A stretch of DNA of 54,965 nucleotides from an uncultured Ignavibacterium sp. (GTDB taxonomy: Bacteria; Bacteroidota; Ignavibacteria; Tepidaquicellales; Tepidaquicellaceae): positions 1 through 54,965 of the forward strand of contig CAZGNS010000001.1 in NCBI GenBank assembly GCA_964527915.1, written 5' to 3'. The notes under the pieces are model-generated. The model was not told where the DNA came from. It worked only from the letters and a program-made list of their open reading frames with translations, and searched no databases. This document shows, in pieces, positions 1 through 9,883 of the stretch; positions within the stretch are counted from its first letter, which is position 1; each line of letters starts with the position of its first letter. The position numbers and the translations under genes were made by a program.

Positions 1-460
1 TTTCAATCTCGATTACGCGTGTTGAATTATATTTATCGATTACAATCTCATTTATACCGGTTAAAATTTTTCTGCCTTTTGCATAAGCTGATAAAACGCA
101 GAGTTCATTTATTTTATATTTATTATGCTCTATATCCGTGATAAATCTGCTTATTTCTTCGGGTATGACTTCTGACATAAATCCAAGTGTGCCGACATTA
201 ATACCTAATATCGGTACAGGATGATTTCTCATTTTTTTTACAGTCTCAAGAAATGTCCCGTCTCCGCCTGCAGAAATAATTATATCGACCTTATCTATAA
301 AAGATGAAAATCTATAAACGGGAAATTTTTCCGGCAGGGCGTCCGATAGCTTATCGCTTATGTAATATTTTACTTTCAGCTTTTCAAAAACTTTTATAAG
401 TTCCGAAAGTACATTCCCGATACCGGGTTTGCTTTCATTTCCCGTGATTCCGTATATCAT
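1..460 (-). CDS. nadK: NAD+ kinase, N-terminal ~153 aa (the 3' end of the gene lies beyond the window start)
   Basis: Edge-open ORF absent from the track. My minus-strand translation from ATG 458-460 reads MIYGITGNESKPGIGNVLSELIKVFEKL...VDIIISAGGDGTFLETVKKMRNHPVPILGINVGTLGFMSE. GGDGT and NxGxLGF are NAD kinase signatures. The start overlaps the stop of the upstream gene at nt 460. Confidence 0.8.
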   Translation of the reverse strand, partial: MIYGITGNESKPGIGNVLSELIKVFEKLKVKYYISDKLSDALPEKFPVYRFSSFIDKVDIIISAGGDGTFLETVKKMRNHPVPILGINVGTLGFMSEVIPEEISRFITDIEHNKYKINELCVLSAYAKGRKILTGINEIVIDKYNSTRVIEIE

Positions 461-777
461 TATGATTCTTTCTTCTCTTGTTCGTCAGTTTTATTTTCTC
501 CGGCAGGTGATTGCTCTTTGCTTTTATTCTGCTCTTCTATGAAATTCAGCTTCAGGTCTCTCAAAGTATCCTGCAGAAATTTATTTTCATCATCTGAAAT
601 ATTCCCTTTCGAAATTTCGCTTAGCATATCAAGCATATCGATAGCCATTCTACTGGCATCTAAATCGACTTCAGTTTTATCTGTAACGGGATTTTTTATC
701 TTTCCCATACCCATCATTCCCTGAACCTGAAATGAATATACCAACATATAAAATAAGTGAGAATTTTTTTCTTCCAT
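460..777 (-). CDS. DUF1844-family small protein
   Basis: 105 aa. The pattern FYMLVYSFQVQGMMGMG..NPVT....VDLDASRMAIDMLDMLSEISKGNIS..E..FL...L.DLKLNF resembles DUF1844 as I remember it. Acidic/lysine-rich tail. The gene is tightly coupled to nadK. Confidence 0.5.
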   Translation of the reverse strand: MEEKNSHLFYMLVYSFQVQGMMGMGKIKNPVTDKTEVDLDASRMAIDMLDMLSEISKGNISDDENKFLQDTLRDLKLNFIEEQNKSKEQSPAGENKTDEQEKKES

Positions 778-780
778 CGT

Positions 781-1995
781 TTAATCTGTTTTTAGTTTAT
801 TTGTAAAAATTATAAAAGGAATTGAAATAATAAAGAGAAATAGTGATAACACTTGCCACGAGCCGAAATCCCATTCAAATAGTCCTGCTATATTAAAAGC
901 AAGAAATGAGAGAATACTGCCGAATATAATCAGATGTTCGGCACTGCTTTTTATTGCATTAAAATATTTTATCTGTTTAAGAAATACAGTTGTGAGAAAT
1001 CCAACGAAACCTATGAATCCGAATATTCCGGTTACGCAAAGTACCATCAGGAAGTTATTATGAAGATGAGAGCCTTCGCCTGTAATTTCAATTTTTTTGT
1101 ACATCGAATAGACTTTCATGAATTCGTTATCGCCTATACCAAGCCAAGGGTGGTCTTTAATCATTTGCCAACCTGTCTTCCACATCATTATTCGTGAGCG
1201 ATTACTCTCGTTATTCTGTGTATCCGTGATTGAATAAACTCTCTCTTTCATCTGATATGGCATTAACAAAAAAGCAATAACGGAAAGCAAAATAAAACCG
1301 ACTAGAAATTTCCGATTTAAAAATATTCCGTAGAGAAGAATGCAGATAAATGAAGCAATATATACATTACGGGACATCGTCAGAACCATAGAAATAAAAA
1401 TTGGAAGCAGTATCAGAGTCAACAGGAGATTTTTTCTGAATCCCTTTTTAAGAGAGTACAGCGGCAGTATCAAAAGAATTACCATCATTTTTATTTCAGC
1501 AATTGTCAGCGGATGCGCAAAGTAACTTATGCGAATATCTATCATAGCTTTATCGGGCGGGCGATTTATATATGATATGGAAAATCTGATTAGTTCATAT
1601 ATTGAAATCAGAGCGAAGATAACCGCAATTGCGATTATTGAATTTTTCAGTTCGGAAAGATTTTTAAAATTTGATATAGCGCCGAAAAATACAAGCACCA
1701 GTATAAGTCTTTTGAATCCACTGTATGCACCCTCAGGAATAACTGCAAATGTTCGTGACAGAAATTCCAGAAGCAGATATAAAAGTAAAAAAGCAGTAAT
1801 CAATCTGATTTCTCTGAATTCATTTTCAGTGAACGGGGGTTGCTTTTTTGAAATTATTTTAAAAATCCAGAGCACTGTCCATGTACCGAAAGATATTGAT
1901 GCCAGCGCAATCGAAAAGCTTAGCGATGCCATGTGAAGCATAATAAAAAAAACAATAATTTTATCCAGTCTTTTATACAATACTTCTTTATTCAT
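781..1995 (-). CDS. O-antigen ligase / Wzy_C family polytopic membrane protein
   Basis: Multi-TM protein with the motif HPWLGIGDNEFMKVY...GEGSHLHNNFLMVLCVTGIFG, typical of O-antigen ligase-like proteins. I prefer the MNKEV start at 1995 over 2043, which leaves only an 8-nt overlap with the upstream ABC gene. Confidence 0.7.
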   Translation of the reverse strand: MNKEVLYKRLDKIIVFFIMLHMASLSFSIALASISFGTWTVLWIFKIISKKQPPFTENEFREIRLITAFLLLYLLLEFLSRTFAVIPEGAYSGFKRLILVLVFFGAISNFKNLSELKNSIIAIAVIFALISIYELIRFSISYINRPPDKAMIDIRISYFAHPLTIAEIKMMVILLILPLYSLKKGFRKNLLLTLILLPIFISMVLTMSRNVYIASFICILLYGIFLNRKFLVGFILLSVIAFLLMPYQMKERVYSITDTQNNESNRSRIMMWKTGWQMIKDHPWLGIGDNEFMKVYSMYKKIEITGEGSHLHNNFLMVLCVTGIFGFIGFVGFLTTVFLKQIKYFNAIKSSAEHLIIFGSILSFLAFNIAGLFEWDFGSWQVLSLFLFIISIPFIIFTNKLKTD

Positions 1996-3823
1996 ACAGG
2001 ATGGAGTTTTTATACTGAATTTCGTACAGCTTTTTATAGACACTTCCTTCCTCTTTTACAAGGTCAGCGTGCTTACCAATCTGAACTATTCTGCCTTTAT
2101 CGAGTACAACCATTTTATCCGCATCCTGAACCGTCGATAATCTGTGAGCCACAACGATAGAAGTTCTGTCCACCATTAGTTTATCGATTGCATGCTGAAC
2201 CTGAATTTCCGACTCAGAATCAAGTGAAGAAGTAGCTTCATCTAAAATCAATATCTGTGGATTGCGAAGCAGTGCACGTGCAATAGACAGACGTTGCTTC
2301 TGTCCGCCTGAGAGCTTTAGTCCGCGTTCGCCTACAATTGTGTCAAATCCTTTTTCTGATGCAATAATAAAGTCATAAGCATTAGCGGATTTAACGGCTT
2401 CGGTCAGTTGTTCATCAGTTATATTTTCGAGACCGAAAATAATATTATTTCTGATTGTATCGTTAAACAGTATAGTTTCCTGCGGTACGATACCAATCAG
2501 ACTGCGAAGGTCAGCAATTTTAATATCTTTTACATTAATACCGTCATAGAGAATTTCTCCGCCGGTAACATCATAGAATCTGGCAATCAGGTCAAGTAAA
2601 GTGGATTTGCCACAGCCCGAAGAGCCTACTATTGCTACTACTTCAGATTTCTTAATATCAAAATTTATGTCTTTCAGAATCTCAATACCGGGTGTATAAT
2701 AAAAGCTTACATTTTTAATTTCAATAGATTTGTCAAATGATTTTTTCGGTATGGGATTAGCCGACTCAATAACTTCAATCGGGTAATCAAGTATTTCAAA
2801 AATTCTTTCTCCCGAAGCAATTGATTCCTGAATACGATTATTGACAGTGCTGAGATTTTTAATCGGAGTCATTAGCTGAAAAATAATGAAAAGAAATCCC
2901 AGAAATTCTTCCGGCTTCAGAGATTGAGATATGAGTATCTGACGCCCGCCGAACCAGATAATGATGGCACCGGCGATAATCGAAAGCATTTCCGTTATCG
3001 GTGAAGTAAGCTCATTTATCTTTGCGGATTTCATTATCAGTTTATAGTAGTCCTGCGATTCTTTTTCAAAATTTTTATTCAGATATTTTTCTGCTCTGAA
3101 TGTCCTGATAATTTTTGCACCGTAAATTGTTTCACTTATAATGCTGAATATATCCGAAAGTTTTGCCTGTGCTCTCTGGCTTCTTCTTTTAAGCGAAGCT
3201 CCGATTTTTGTAATTGCAAAAACAGTTAGCGGAAAGACTACTACAGCAAGCAAAGTCATCTGCCAACTGATTGATAAAGCAAGTGCAAGAAATATTATAA
3301 GCAGAAGCGGGTCTTTCGTCAGATTAAAGAATGCAGCCGACACCCCCGACTGAATCATGTTAAGGTCATTTGACATTCTTGAAAGCAAGTTTCCCGTGCG
3401 TTCGGTTGAAAAATATCTGACCGATAAACTATTTATTTTGTGATACAATTCATTTCTGACATCTCTCATCAGACCCTTTTCTGCATACTGCATATAAATC
3501 GACTGATAGAAACCGCTTACATTTTTAATCAGATATGAAATAATAATCATAAAGCAGACTTTGACCAATGATGACATTTTATCGCCGCTGAATATGAATC
3601 TTTCAAAGTAATACTGCAAATGACTGTATAAACTCGTTATGCCGGAATCAGTAGGTGGTGTGATTCCGCCGCTCGGAGGGAATAAAAGGGATTTTAGCAG
3701 AGGTATGGTAAGATATACCGAAAGTGCACTGAATACAGAAAATATTATTGATAATATTAAAGACAGTGAAAGTTGCCTTTTATAGTTTTTCAGATATTTT
3801 AGAAGTCTTATGTATGTTTTCAT
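1988..3823 (-). CDS. ABC transporter, fused permease/ATPase, MsbA-like lipid/LPS exporter
   Basis: 611 aa. N-terminal 6-TM domain, Walker A GSSGCGKST, signature LSGGQKQR, Walker B ILILDEATS. It sits between a GT2 gene and the O-antigen ligase gene. Confidence 0.85.
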   Translation of the reverse strand: MKTYIRLLKYLKNYKRQLSLSLILSIIFSVFSALSVYLTIPLLKSLLFPPSGGITPPTDSGITSLYSHLQYYFERFIFSGDKMSSLVKVCFMIIISYLIKNVSGFYQSIYMQYAEKGLMRDVRNELYHKINSLSVRYFSTERTGNLLSRMSNDLNMIQSGVSAAFFNLTKDPLLLIIFLALALSISWQMTLLAVVVFPLTVFAITKIGASLKRRSQRAQAKLSDIFSIISETIYGAKIIRTFRAEKYLNKNFEKESQDYYKLIMKSAKINELTSPITEMLSIIAGAIIIWFGGRQILISQSLKPEEFLGFLFIIFQLMTPIKNLSTVNNRIQESIASGERIFEILDYPIEVIESANPIPKKSFDKSIEIKNVSFYYTPGIEILKDINFDIKKSEVVAIVGSSGCGKSTLLDLIARFYDVTGGEILYDGINVKDIKIADLRSLIGIVPQETILFNDTIRNNIIFGLENITDEQLTEAVKSANAYDFIIASEKGFDTIVGERGLKLSGGQKQRLSIARALLRNPQILILDEATSSLDSESEIQVQHAIDKLMVDRTSIVVAHRLSTVQDADKMVVLDKGRIVQIGKHADLVKEEGSVYKKLYEIQYKNSILYE

Positions 3824-4572
3824 TCGCCTTTTTTCTTCCCTGTTTGAAATTCATATATCTTCATATATGTCAGCATATTTGTAACCATATCGAAATAAGA
3901 TACCATAAGTCCGTGCACACCATCAAGAAATCCCATCTTTAGAAAAAAATGCTGGAAAAATGCAGCAGGCGGCCTTAAAAAAACATCATGAAACTTAACT
4001 TTTTTATTCCGCATTTTTTCAAGTGCCTGAAGAGTTGAGTATCTATTCACTCTTTCCATATAATCTTCAATTGAAGTTACAGTATAATGCAGTATATCAT
4101 TTTTCAGAAATCCTATCTCGCCTTTCACTTCATATCCTTCATGCACAAGCCTTTCAGAAACTGTAACCTGATTTTTTCTGAAAAGTCTCATCTGATAGCC
4201 GGGATACCAACCGCAATGCTTAATCCATTTATCGAGAAAAAAACTTTTGCGGGGAATTCGTAAACCGTCATATTTATTTTGATTGATAGTATTGATAATT
4301 TCATCTCTCAGTTCCGGAGTTGCTCTTTCATCGGCGTCAATAGAAAAAATCCATGGATGAGTGGCACTTTTCAAAGCTAGTCTCCTCTGAGATGTATAGC
4401 CCTCAAATTTATTTACAATCAGATTTACGTTCCGGAATTTTTTTGCGAGCAGCTGAGTATTGTCTGTGCTTTCGCCGTCCACCACAACAATTTCATCAGC
4501 CCATTCAACAGACCTGATACAATCTTCAATGTTTTTCTCTTCGTTTTTCGCTATGATAATTACTGATATCAA
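3820..4572 (-). CDS. Family 2 glycosyltransferase (LPS-core type)
   Basis: 250 aa. VIIIAKNEEKNIEDCIRSV.WADEIVVVDGESTDNT and a DADE motif. 4-nt overlap with the ABC gene. Confidence 0.8.
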   Translation of the reverse strand: MISVIIIAKNEEKNIEDCIRSVEWADEIVVVDGESTDNTQLLAKKFRNVNLIVNKFEGYTSQRRLALKSATHPWIFSIDADERATPELRDEIINTINQNKYDGLRIPRKSFFLDKWIKHCGWYPGYQMRLFRKNQVTVSERLVHEGYEVKGEIGFLKNDILHYTVTSIEDYMERVNRYSTLQALEKMRNKKVKFHDVFLRPPAAFFQHFFLKMGFLDGVHGLMVSYFDMVTNMLTYMKIYEFQTGKKKGE

Positions 4573-4573
4573 A

Positions 4574-5614
4574 TTATTTAAAAATTTTATTTACAAATTT
4601 ACGGAATTTATTTGATTGATAATCATAAGAAAATCTTACATCTTTTTCAAAGTTATCTGCAAGTAATTTTATACTCTCTTCATTGATAGAATTCAGAACA
4701 TCAGTAAAGTTTTGCTTATCATAAAAGAATGATATATTCTGAAAATCCTTTGCATCCCTGAAATCATTGTTCATAAGCATTGGTATTCTGTAATTGAAAG
4801 ACAGATTAAATGCTCCTGATATTTTTGTCCTTCGGTAGCTGTCATATTCACCGACGCCCGGATTAAGCAAAGGAAAAATCAGTGCTGAGCTGCCGATTAC
4901 TTTATCGAATTCATTTTCGGAAATGTAAGAATCAAAAAACTTAATTACTTCATTGAGATTATTTTCCTTAATATATCCGGTTACTTTTTTACCATCGGGA
5001 TTATCTGCGGAGCCGAGAAAAATAAAATAAAATTTATTTCTGATATTTCCGATATTATTTTTTATGAATTCAATCAGCCATACGTAATCGCGTCTCCAGA
5101 GGGCAATCTCACCCGGTACTGTTATAATCAATTTTTCAGTATGTCGCTCTCCCGAATAAGGTGACAGCGGATAAAAGTATTCCAGTTCAATTCTATTGTT
5201 CAGCCCGCACGCATAGTCTTTTATATATTCAGCAAGTACAAAATAATTTTTTATTTTTGATGATATAACTTTCTGAGTGTAGCTGCCTTTAAGCTTTTTA
5301 GCCTGATGCAGCACTCCGCATATATTCAGATTGCGGAAATGATTTAAATAACAGAAATCCCTTACGCTCAATCCTTCGGCAGTATTAAAAAAAAGATTTT
5401 CATATCTATGCGCATGAATATATCTGTTCAGTTCAGCAAGCTGATGTATTCTGCTCCCATAAGCAACTCTCTTTACGAGTCCGTTATTTTCAATCGGGTA
5501 CTTTTCCGTTACAAAGCAGTCAGTTTCAAATCCTGCTTCTGATAGATAATTTCTTACCGGTCTGAAAACCTCAGAATGTGAATCCGATAATTCTATTAAT
5601 AAAACTTTGCTCAA
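4574..5614 (-). CDS. Hypothetical protein in the LPS cluster, possibly a GT-B-like glycosyltransferase
   Basis: 346-aa ORF located 1 nt upstream of the GT2 gene. I recognise no family motif. A two-lobed alpha/beta-like pattern is the only hint of function. Confidence 0.5.
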   Translation of the reverse strand: MSKVLLIELSDSHSEVFRPVRNYLSEAGFETDCFVTEKYPIENNGLVKRVAYGSRIHQLAELNRYIHAHRYENLFFNTAEGLSVRDFCYLNHFRNLNICGVLHQAKKLKGSYTQKVISSKIKNYFVLAEYIKDYACGLNNRIELEYFYPLSPYSGERHTEKLIITVPGEIALWRRDYVWLIEFIKNNIGNIRNKFYFIFLGSADNPDGKKVTGYIKENNLNEVIKFFDSYISENEFDKVIGSSALIFPLLNPGVGEYDSYRRTKISGAFNLSFNYRIPMLMNNDFRDAKDFQNISFFYDKQNFTDVLNSINEESIKLLADNFEKDVRFSYDYQSNKFRKFVNKIFK

Positions 5615-5713
5615 AAATAAAAATTTAAGTATATAATTTAATCATTAACCTTAAAACTTGTAATTGAAAAAAAAATGTATAGATATTATTTTTGAATAAT
5701 TAAAAGGAGTAAT

Positions 5714-7036
5714 ATGGCATTTAATTTTAATAAACTGACATTAAAATCTCAGGAAGCGTTGCAGGCAGCACAGGGAATTGCAATGGACAATTCCAATCAG
5801 ATAATTGAGCCCGAGCATCTTTTGTTGGCTCTGCTTCAGGATAAAGAAAACATTGTAAATTCTATATTATATAAACTGGACGTAAATCCGGATGAATTAA
5901 AAAGGAAAATTAACGACTTATTAAGCCGTCTGCCATCAGTATCAGGTGGCGGCAGTGAAAATATCAATATCTCCGGTGACTTGTCCGCTTCGCTCGACAT
6001 TGCATTTAAACAGGCTGATGTAATGAAAGATGATTATGTATCCGTTGAACATCTTTTTATAGGACTTGCAGATAATAAAAAGTCGAAAGTTGGTGAACTG
6101 CTGAACTCTATGAATATCACGAAAGACCGTATTCTCATGGTACTGAAAGATGTAAGGGGAGCAGGCAGAGTGACGGGACAAAACCCGGAGGACACGTTCA
6201 ACTCACTTCAGAGATACGGCAGAAATCTGAATGAACTTGCAGCAAAAGGAAAACTTGACCCTGTAATTGGTCGTGAAGAAGAAATAAGGAGAACTTTGCA
6301 GGTACTTACAAGGCGGACTAAAAATAATCCTGTACTTATAGGGGAGCCGGGCGTAGGAAAAACAGCTATTGCGGAAGGTATTGCAATAAGAATCGTGCAA
6401 GGTGATGTGCCTGAAAATCTGAAAGATACAACGTTGATAGCATTGGATATGGGTGCATTAATTGCAGGTGCACAATACAGAGGACAATTTGAAGAGCGTC
6501 TTAAATCAGTATTGAAAGAGGTTCAGGATTCCAACGGTAAAGTAATTTTATTTATCGACGAACTGCATACTGTAGTAGGAGCAGGTGCCGCACAGGGTTC
6601 AATGGATGCATCAAACCTGCTAAAACCCGCATTGGCAAGGGGTGACCTAAGATGTATCGGTGCTACTACGCTTGATGAATACAGAAAATATATAGAAAAA
6701 GATGCAGCACTTGAAAGAAGATTTCAGCCTGTTGTAATTTTAGAGCCGAGAGTAGAAGATACAATATCCATACTGCGCGGAATAAAAGAAAAGTATGAAG
6801 TACATCACGGCGTAAGGATAAAAGATTCTGCTCTTATTGCAGCCGCACAGCTTTCAGACAGATATATTTCAGACAGATTTCTTCCCGATAAGGCAATTGA
6901 CCTTATTGATGAAGCAGCATCAAAGCTTAGAATAGAAATCGATTCTATGCCCGAAGAACTGGATACAATAGACAGGAAACTCAAGCAACTTGAAATTGAA
7001 AGAGAAGCGCTAAGAAGAGAACTGAAAAATCAGTAA
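5714..7036 (+). CDS. clpB: ClpB-family AAA+ disaggregase with N-domain plus NBD1 only; it ends inside the M-domain coiled coil (canonical ClpB is ~850-870 aa)
   Basis: 440 aa. Clp_N repeats, Walker A GEPGVGKT, Walker [18 protein letters not shown]. It stops at ...[24 protein letters not shown] ribosome-binding site 6 nt upstream. An intrinsic terminator follows. No NBD2 coding is present downstream in any frame. Confidence 0.85.
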   Translation: MAFNFNKLTLKSQEALQAAQGIAMDNSNQIIEPEHLLLALLQDKENIVNSILYKLDVNPDELKRKINDLLSRLPSVSGGGSENINISGDLSASLDIAFKQADVMKDDYVSVEHLFIGLADNKKSKVGELLNSMNITKDRILMVLKDVRGAGRVTGQNPEDTFNSLQRYGRNLNELAAKGKLDPVIGREEEIRRTLQVLTRRTKNNPVLIGEPGVGKTAIAEGIAIRIVQGDVPENLKDTTLIALDMGALIAGAQYRGQFEERLKSVLKEVQDSNGKVILFIDELHTVVGAGAAQGSMDASNLLKPALARGDLRCIGATTLDEYRKYIEKDAALERRFQPVVILEPRVEDTISILRGIKEKYEVHHGVRIKDSALIAAAQLSDRYISDRFLPDKAIDLIDEAASKLRIEIDSMPEELDTIDRKLKQLEIEREALRRELKNQ

Positions 7037-7072
7037 CGGAAATTTATTTTCGGCAGATAGTTTAAATTATAT

Positions 7073-7108
7073 GCAGATGAGGTCAGGCGAAATCTCATCT
7101 GCGTTTTA
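7073..7108 (+). terminator. Rho-independent terminator after the truncated clpB
   Basis: GCAGATGAG (7073-7081) pairs with CTCATCTGC (7094-7102) across a 12-nt loop, followed by GTTTTAT. Confidence 0.65.
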
Positions 7109-7240
7109 TATACGTGCAAATATGTAATAAAAATTGTATATTTGTAAACAAAATAGAGAGAAAAGTATACTAAATTAATAAATTGAATAAATAATTATAA
7201 TTTAGTAAATTAAACATTTTATAAATTTTAAAAATCGGAT

Positions 7241-7627
7241 ATGAATATTCCTGAAAAATTCAAATATACGAGCGACCACGAGTATATAAATCTTGCCGAC
7301 ACATACGGCTTTGTAGGAATAACAGACTATGCTCAGAGTGAGCTGGGAGATATAATATATATGGATATTACAGTATCAGTCGGAGATGAAGTGAAGCAAG
7401 GTGATGTGCTCGGTTCAATAGAAGCAGTAAAAACGGTGTCTGAGCTGAAAAGCCCTGTATCAGGTAAAATTATTGAAATTAATACGAAGATTAATGATAA
7501 TCCTTCAGTAGTAAATGAAGACCCGTATAATGAGGGCTGGATGGTAAAAATTCAACCGTCAAATATGGATGAATATAATAATCTTCTTGATAACGTTAAA
7601 TATTCTGAACTCGTAGGGAATAACTAA
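7241..7627 (+). CDS. gcvH: Glycine cleavage system H protein (lipoyl carrier)
   Basis: 128 aa. GITDYAQSELGDI and the lipoyl-lysine motif IEAVKTVSEL.SPVSG. Confidence 0.9.
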   Translation: MNIPEKFKYTSDHEYINLADTYGFVGITDYAQSELGDIIYMDITVSVGDEVKQGDVLGSIEAVKTVSELKSPVSGKIIEINTKINDNPSVVNEDPYNEGWMVKIQPSNMDEYNNLLDNVKYSELVGNN

Positions 7628-7650
7628 GTAATCCCTAAAATACTACAGCT

Positions 7651-8160
7651 ATGAAAATTAAAATCTCAGATTTAAGGGATGGAGAATATTTATATAATTT
7701 TCTGGTTGATTCAAAGGAACTTGATACCGGAGAAATGGTATTTAAGGATTTAATATCTGTTGATGTCCGACTGACTAAGGCTCACGGGTCATTGTTGACG
7801 AAGATAAAAGTCGGTGGTACTATGCAGCTTATATGTGACCGATGTCTTGATAAATTTGAATATAAATTTTCAACCGACTTCGAGTTACTTTACAAAGTTG
7901 GCAATTCGGTATATTCAGGCGGAAATACTGAAGAAGATATGAATGTAATTGATATAAAACCTGATGAACATGAAATAGATATAACAGAACCTGTCAGAGA
8001 CTACGTAATGCTTTCAGTTCCGATGAAAAAAGTTCCGAATGAAAAGGACGGTAAATGTATTTTATGCGGAAAAGTGATAGATGATATGTTCAGAATTACA
8101 AAATCAAAAGATGTAAATCCCGTTTGGGAAAAATTACTAAGAAATAAAAATAAAAATTAA
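7651..8160 (+). CDS. DUF177 / YceD-family protein
   Basis: 169 aa. Conserved position directly upstream of rpmF. CDRCL...C..CG cysteine pairs. Confidence 0.75.
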   Translation: MKIKISDLRDGEYLYNFLVDSKELDTGEMVFKDLISVDVRLTKAHGSLLTKIKVGGTMQLICDRCLDKFEYKFSTDFELLYKVGNSVYSGGNTEEDMNVIDIKPDEHEIDITEPVRDYVMLSVPMKKVPNEKDGKCILCGKVIDDMFRITKSKDVNPVWEKLLRNKNKN

Positions 8161-8181
8161 TAATTCAAATAAAGTAAAGAT

Positions 8182-8367
8182 ATGCCAAATCCAAAGAGAA
8201 GACATTCAAAAACAAGAGGAAGAAAAAGACGTACACATTATAAGGCAGCAAATCCTTCATTAATGTTGTGCCCTAACTGCGGCGAAGCGAAGCTCACACA
8301 TCAGGTGTGCCCTTCCTGCGGATATTATGACGGAAAAAGTATAATAATTCCAAAATCAGGTAAATAA
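8182..8367 (+). CDS. rpmF: 50S ribosomal protein L32
   Basis: MPNPKRRHSKTRGRKRRTH... with CPNCG...CPSCG. Confidence 0.9.
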   Translation: MPNPKRRHSKTRGRKRRTHYKAANPSLMLCPNCGEAKLTHQVCPSCGYYDGKSIIIPKSGK

Positions 8368-8374
8368 TACAAAG

Positions 8375-9400
8375 TTGTCCGAATCAGAAAATAAAAAAAT
8401 CCGTATTGCGGTTGATGCTATGGGCGGAGACTTTGCACCTGACAATGTAATCAAAGGTGCACTGGATGCCATAAAAGAAAGAGGCAGATACATTCATCTG
8501 CAACTTGTCGGAAAGGCAGATTTGCTCAGAAAAAAGATTAAGGAATTTGCGGGTACGGATAATGATGAGCTTGAAATTGTCAATGCAGACGAAGTGATTA
8601 CGATGGATGATTCACCTGCGGACAGTTACAGGAATAAACCAAATTCGTCTATGAGCGTAGGACTTGAACTGCAGAAATCGGGTGAGTCAGATGCTTTCGT
8701 AAGTGCCGGAAATACAGGTTCGAATCTTGCGAATTCACTTTTCAAACTTGGAAGACTTGAAGGGATTTCAAGACCAACAATCGGTTCTATTATTCCGACG
8801 GTAAAAGGAGTTACTCTTGTGCTTGATGTAGGAGCATCTGTCGATTGCAAACCGAAGCATCTGGTTGAATATGCGGTTATGGGCAGTTCATATATGAATA
8901 ATATTTTTAATATTGAAAAGCCGTCGGTCGGACTGCTTGGTATCGGAGAAGAAAAGAGCAAGGGCAATGAACTCACAACTCAGACGTATGAATTACTTGA
9001 GCAATCGAACATGAATTTCAAAGGAAATGTAGAAGGCGGAGATATATTGAAAGGAAAGGTTGACGTAGTAGTCTGTGACGGATTTACAGGCAATATAGTC
9101 CTGAAATTATCCGAATCATTTATAGATATACTGAAGTTCAAATTAAAAGATTATGCCGGAAGAGGATTCTTTAAGAAACTGTGGATTGGTGCATTTTCGG
9201 GTACATTCAAAAATATTCTGAGTGACTTTGATTATCAGACTTACGGTGGAGTACCTTTACTTGGCGTAAACGGAATTTCATTCGTCGGACACGGAAAATC
9301 TACTCCGCTTGCAATAAAAAATATGATATTCAAATCCGAGATAGCAGCAAGAAAGAATCTGCCCGAAAGGATAAAAGAAAATTTAAAAAAATTTATTTAA
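8375..9400 (+). CDS. plsX: Phosphate acyltransferase PlsX
   Basis: 341 aa. IAVDAMGGD...GNTG...CDGFTGN motifs, TTG start, and the rpmF-plsX gene order. Confidence 0.9.
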   Translation: MSESENKKIRIAVDAMGGDFAPDNVIKGALDAIKERGRYIHLQLVGKADLLRKKIKEFAGTDNDELEIVNADEVITMDDSPADSYRNKPNSSMSVGLELQKSGESDAFVSAGNTGSNLANSLFKLGRLEGISRPTIGSIIPTVKGVTLVLDVGASVDCKPKHLVEYAVMGSSYMNNIFNIEKPSVGLLGIGEEKSKGNELTTQTYELLEQSNMNFKGNVEGGDILKGKVDVVVCDGFTGNIVLKLSESFIDILKFKLKDYAGRGFFKKLWIGAFSGTFKNILSDFDYQTYGGVPLLGVNGISFVGHGKSTPLAIKNMIFKSEIAARKNLPERIKENLKKFI

Positions 9401-9419
9401 ATAATATAATAATAAAATA

Positions 9420-9626
9420 ATGGCAAAAGTACAATCATTCGCGGATAAAGCCGCAAAGCTTGCACGAAAAGCAGAGATGAACGCTATTGACCCTGAAACA
9501 GGTAAAGAAACAAAACTGATTAATATCAGAATGGTGGAATCAGTAAAGACAGAAAGCGGCTCATACAAATTCTTAACAAAGAATATGAAAGTCTATGAAT
9601 CATCTTATAAACCGTATAAACCGTAA
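9420..9626 (+). CDS. Small lysine-rich protein, DUF4295-like
   Basis: 68 aa. MAK... and the core IRMVESVKTESGSYKFLTKNM resemble the small peptide found beside rpmB/rpmG in Bacteroidota. Here it sits 18 nt upstream of rpmB. Confidence 0.45.
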   Translation: MAKVQSFADKAAKLARKAEMNAIDPETGKETKLINIRMVESVKTESGSYKFLTKNMKVYESSYKPYKP

Positions 9627-9644
9627 AAAGAAAGGATTAAAATT

Positions 9645-9857
9645 ATGTCAAGAGTATGCCAGATAACAGGAAAAAAGGCTCTTACAGGCAATAACGTTTC
9701 TCATGCCAATAACCGCACAAAGAGGAAACAATTACCGAACTTACAATATAAGAGAGTCTGGGATGAAGAAAGCAAAAAATTCATCAGAATGAAAATTTCT
9801 ACTTCAGCCATAAAGACTTTGAATAAGAAGAGTATCAGTAAACTTGTAAAGAAATAA
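9645..9857 (+). CDS. rpmB: 50S ribosomal protein L28
   Basis: [34 protein letters not shown]. Confidence 0.9.
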   Translation: MSRVCQITGKKALTGNNVSHANNRTKRKQLPNLQYKRVWDEESKKFIRMKISTSAIKTLNKKSISKLVKK

Positions 9858-9883
9858 TTTTTTCAAATTTAAAAGATATCAGA

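Noticed and set aside
1996-2043. Longer start for the O-antigen ligase gene (2043)
   Set aside because: It would overlap the ABC transporter gene by 56 nt. The internal MNKEV start at 1995 reduces this to 8 nt, and the extra residues are not hydrophobic or conserved-looking.
7109-7240. Glycine riboswitch upstream of gcvH
   Set aside because: The region is almost pure A/T, with none of the GC-containing conserved aptamer cores.
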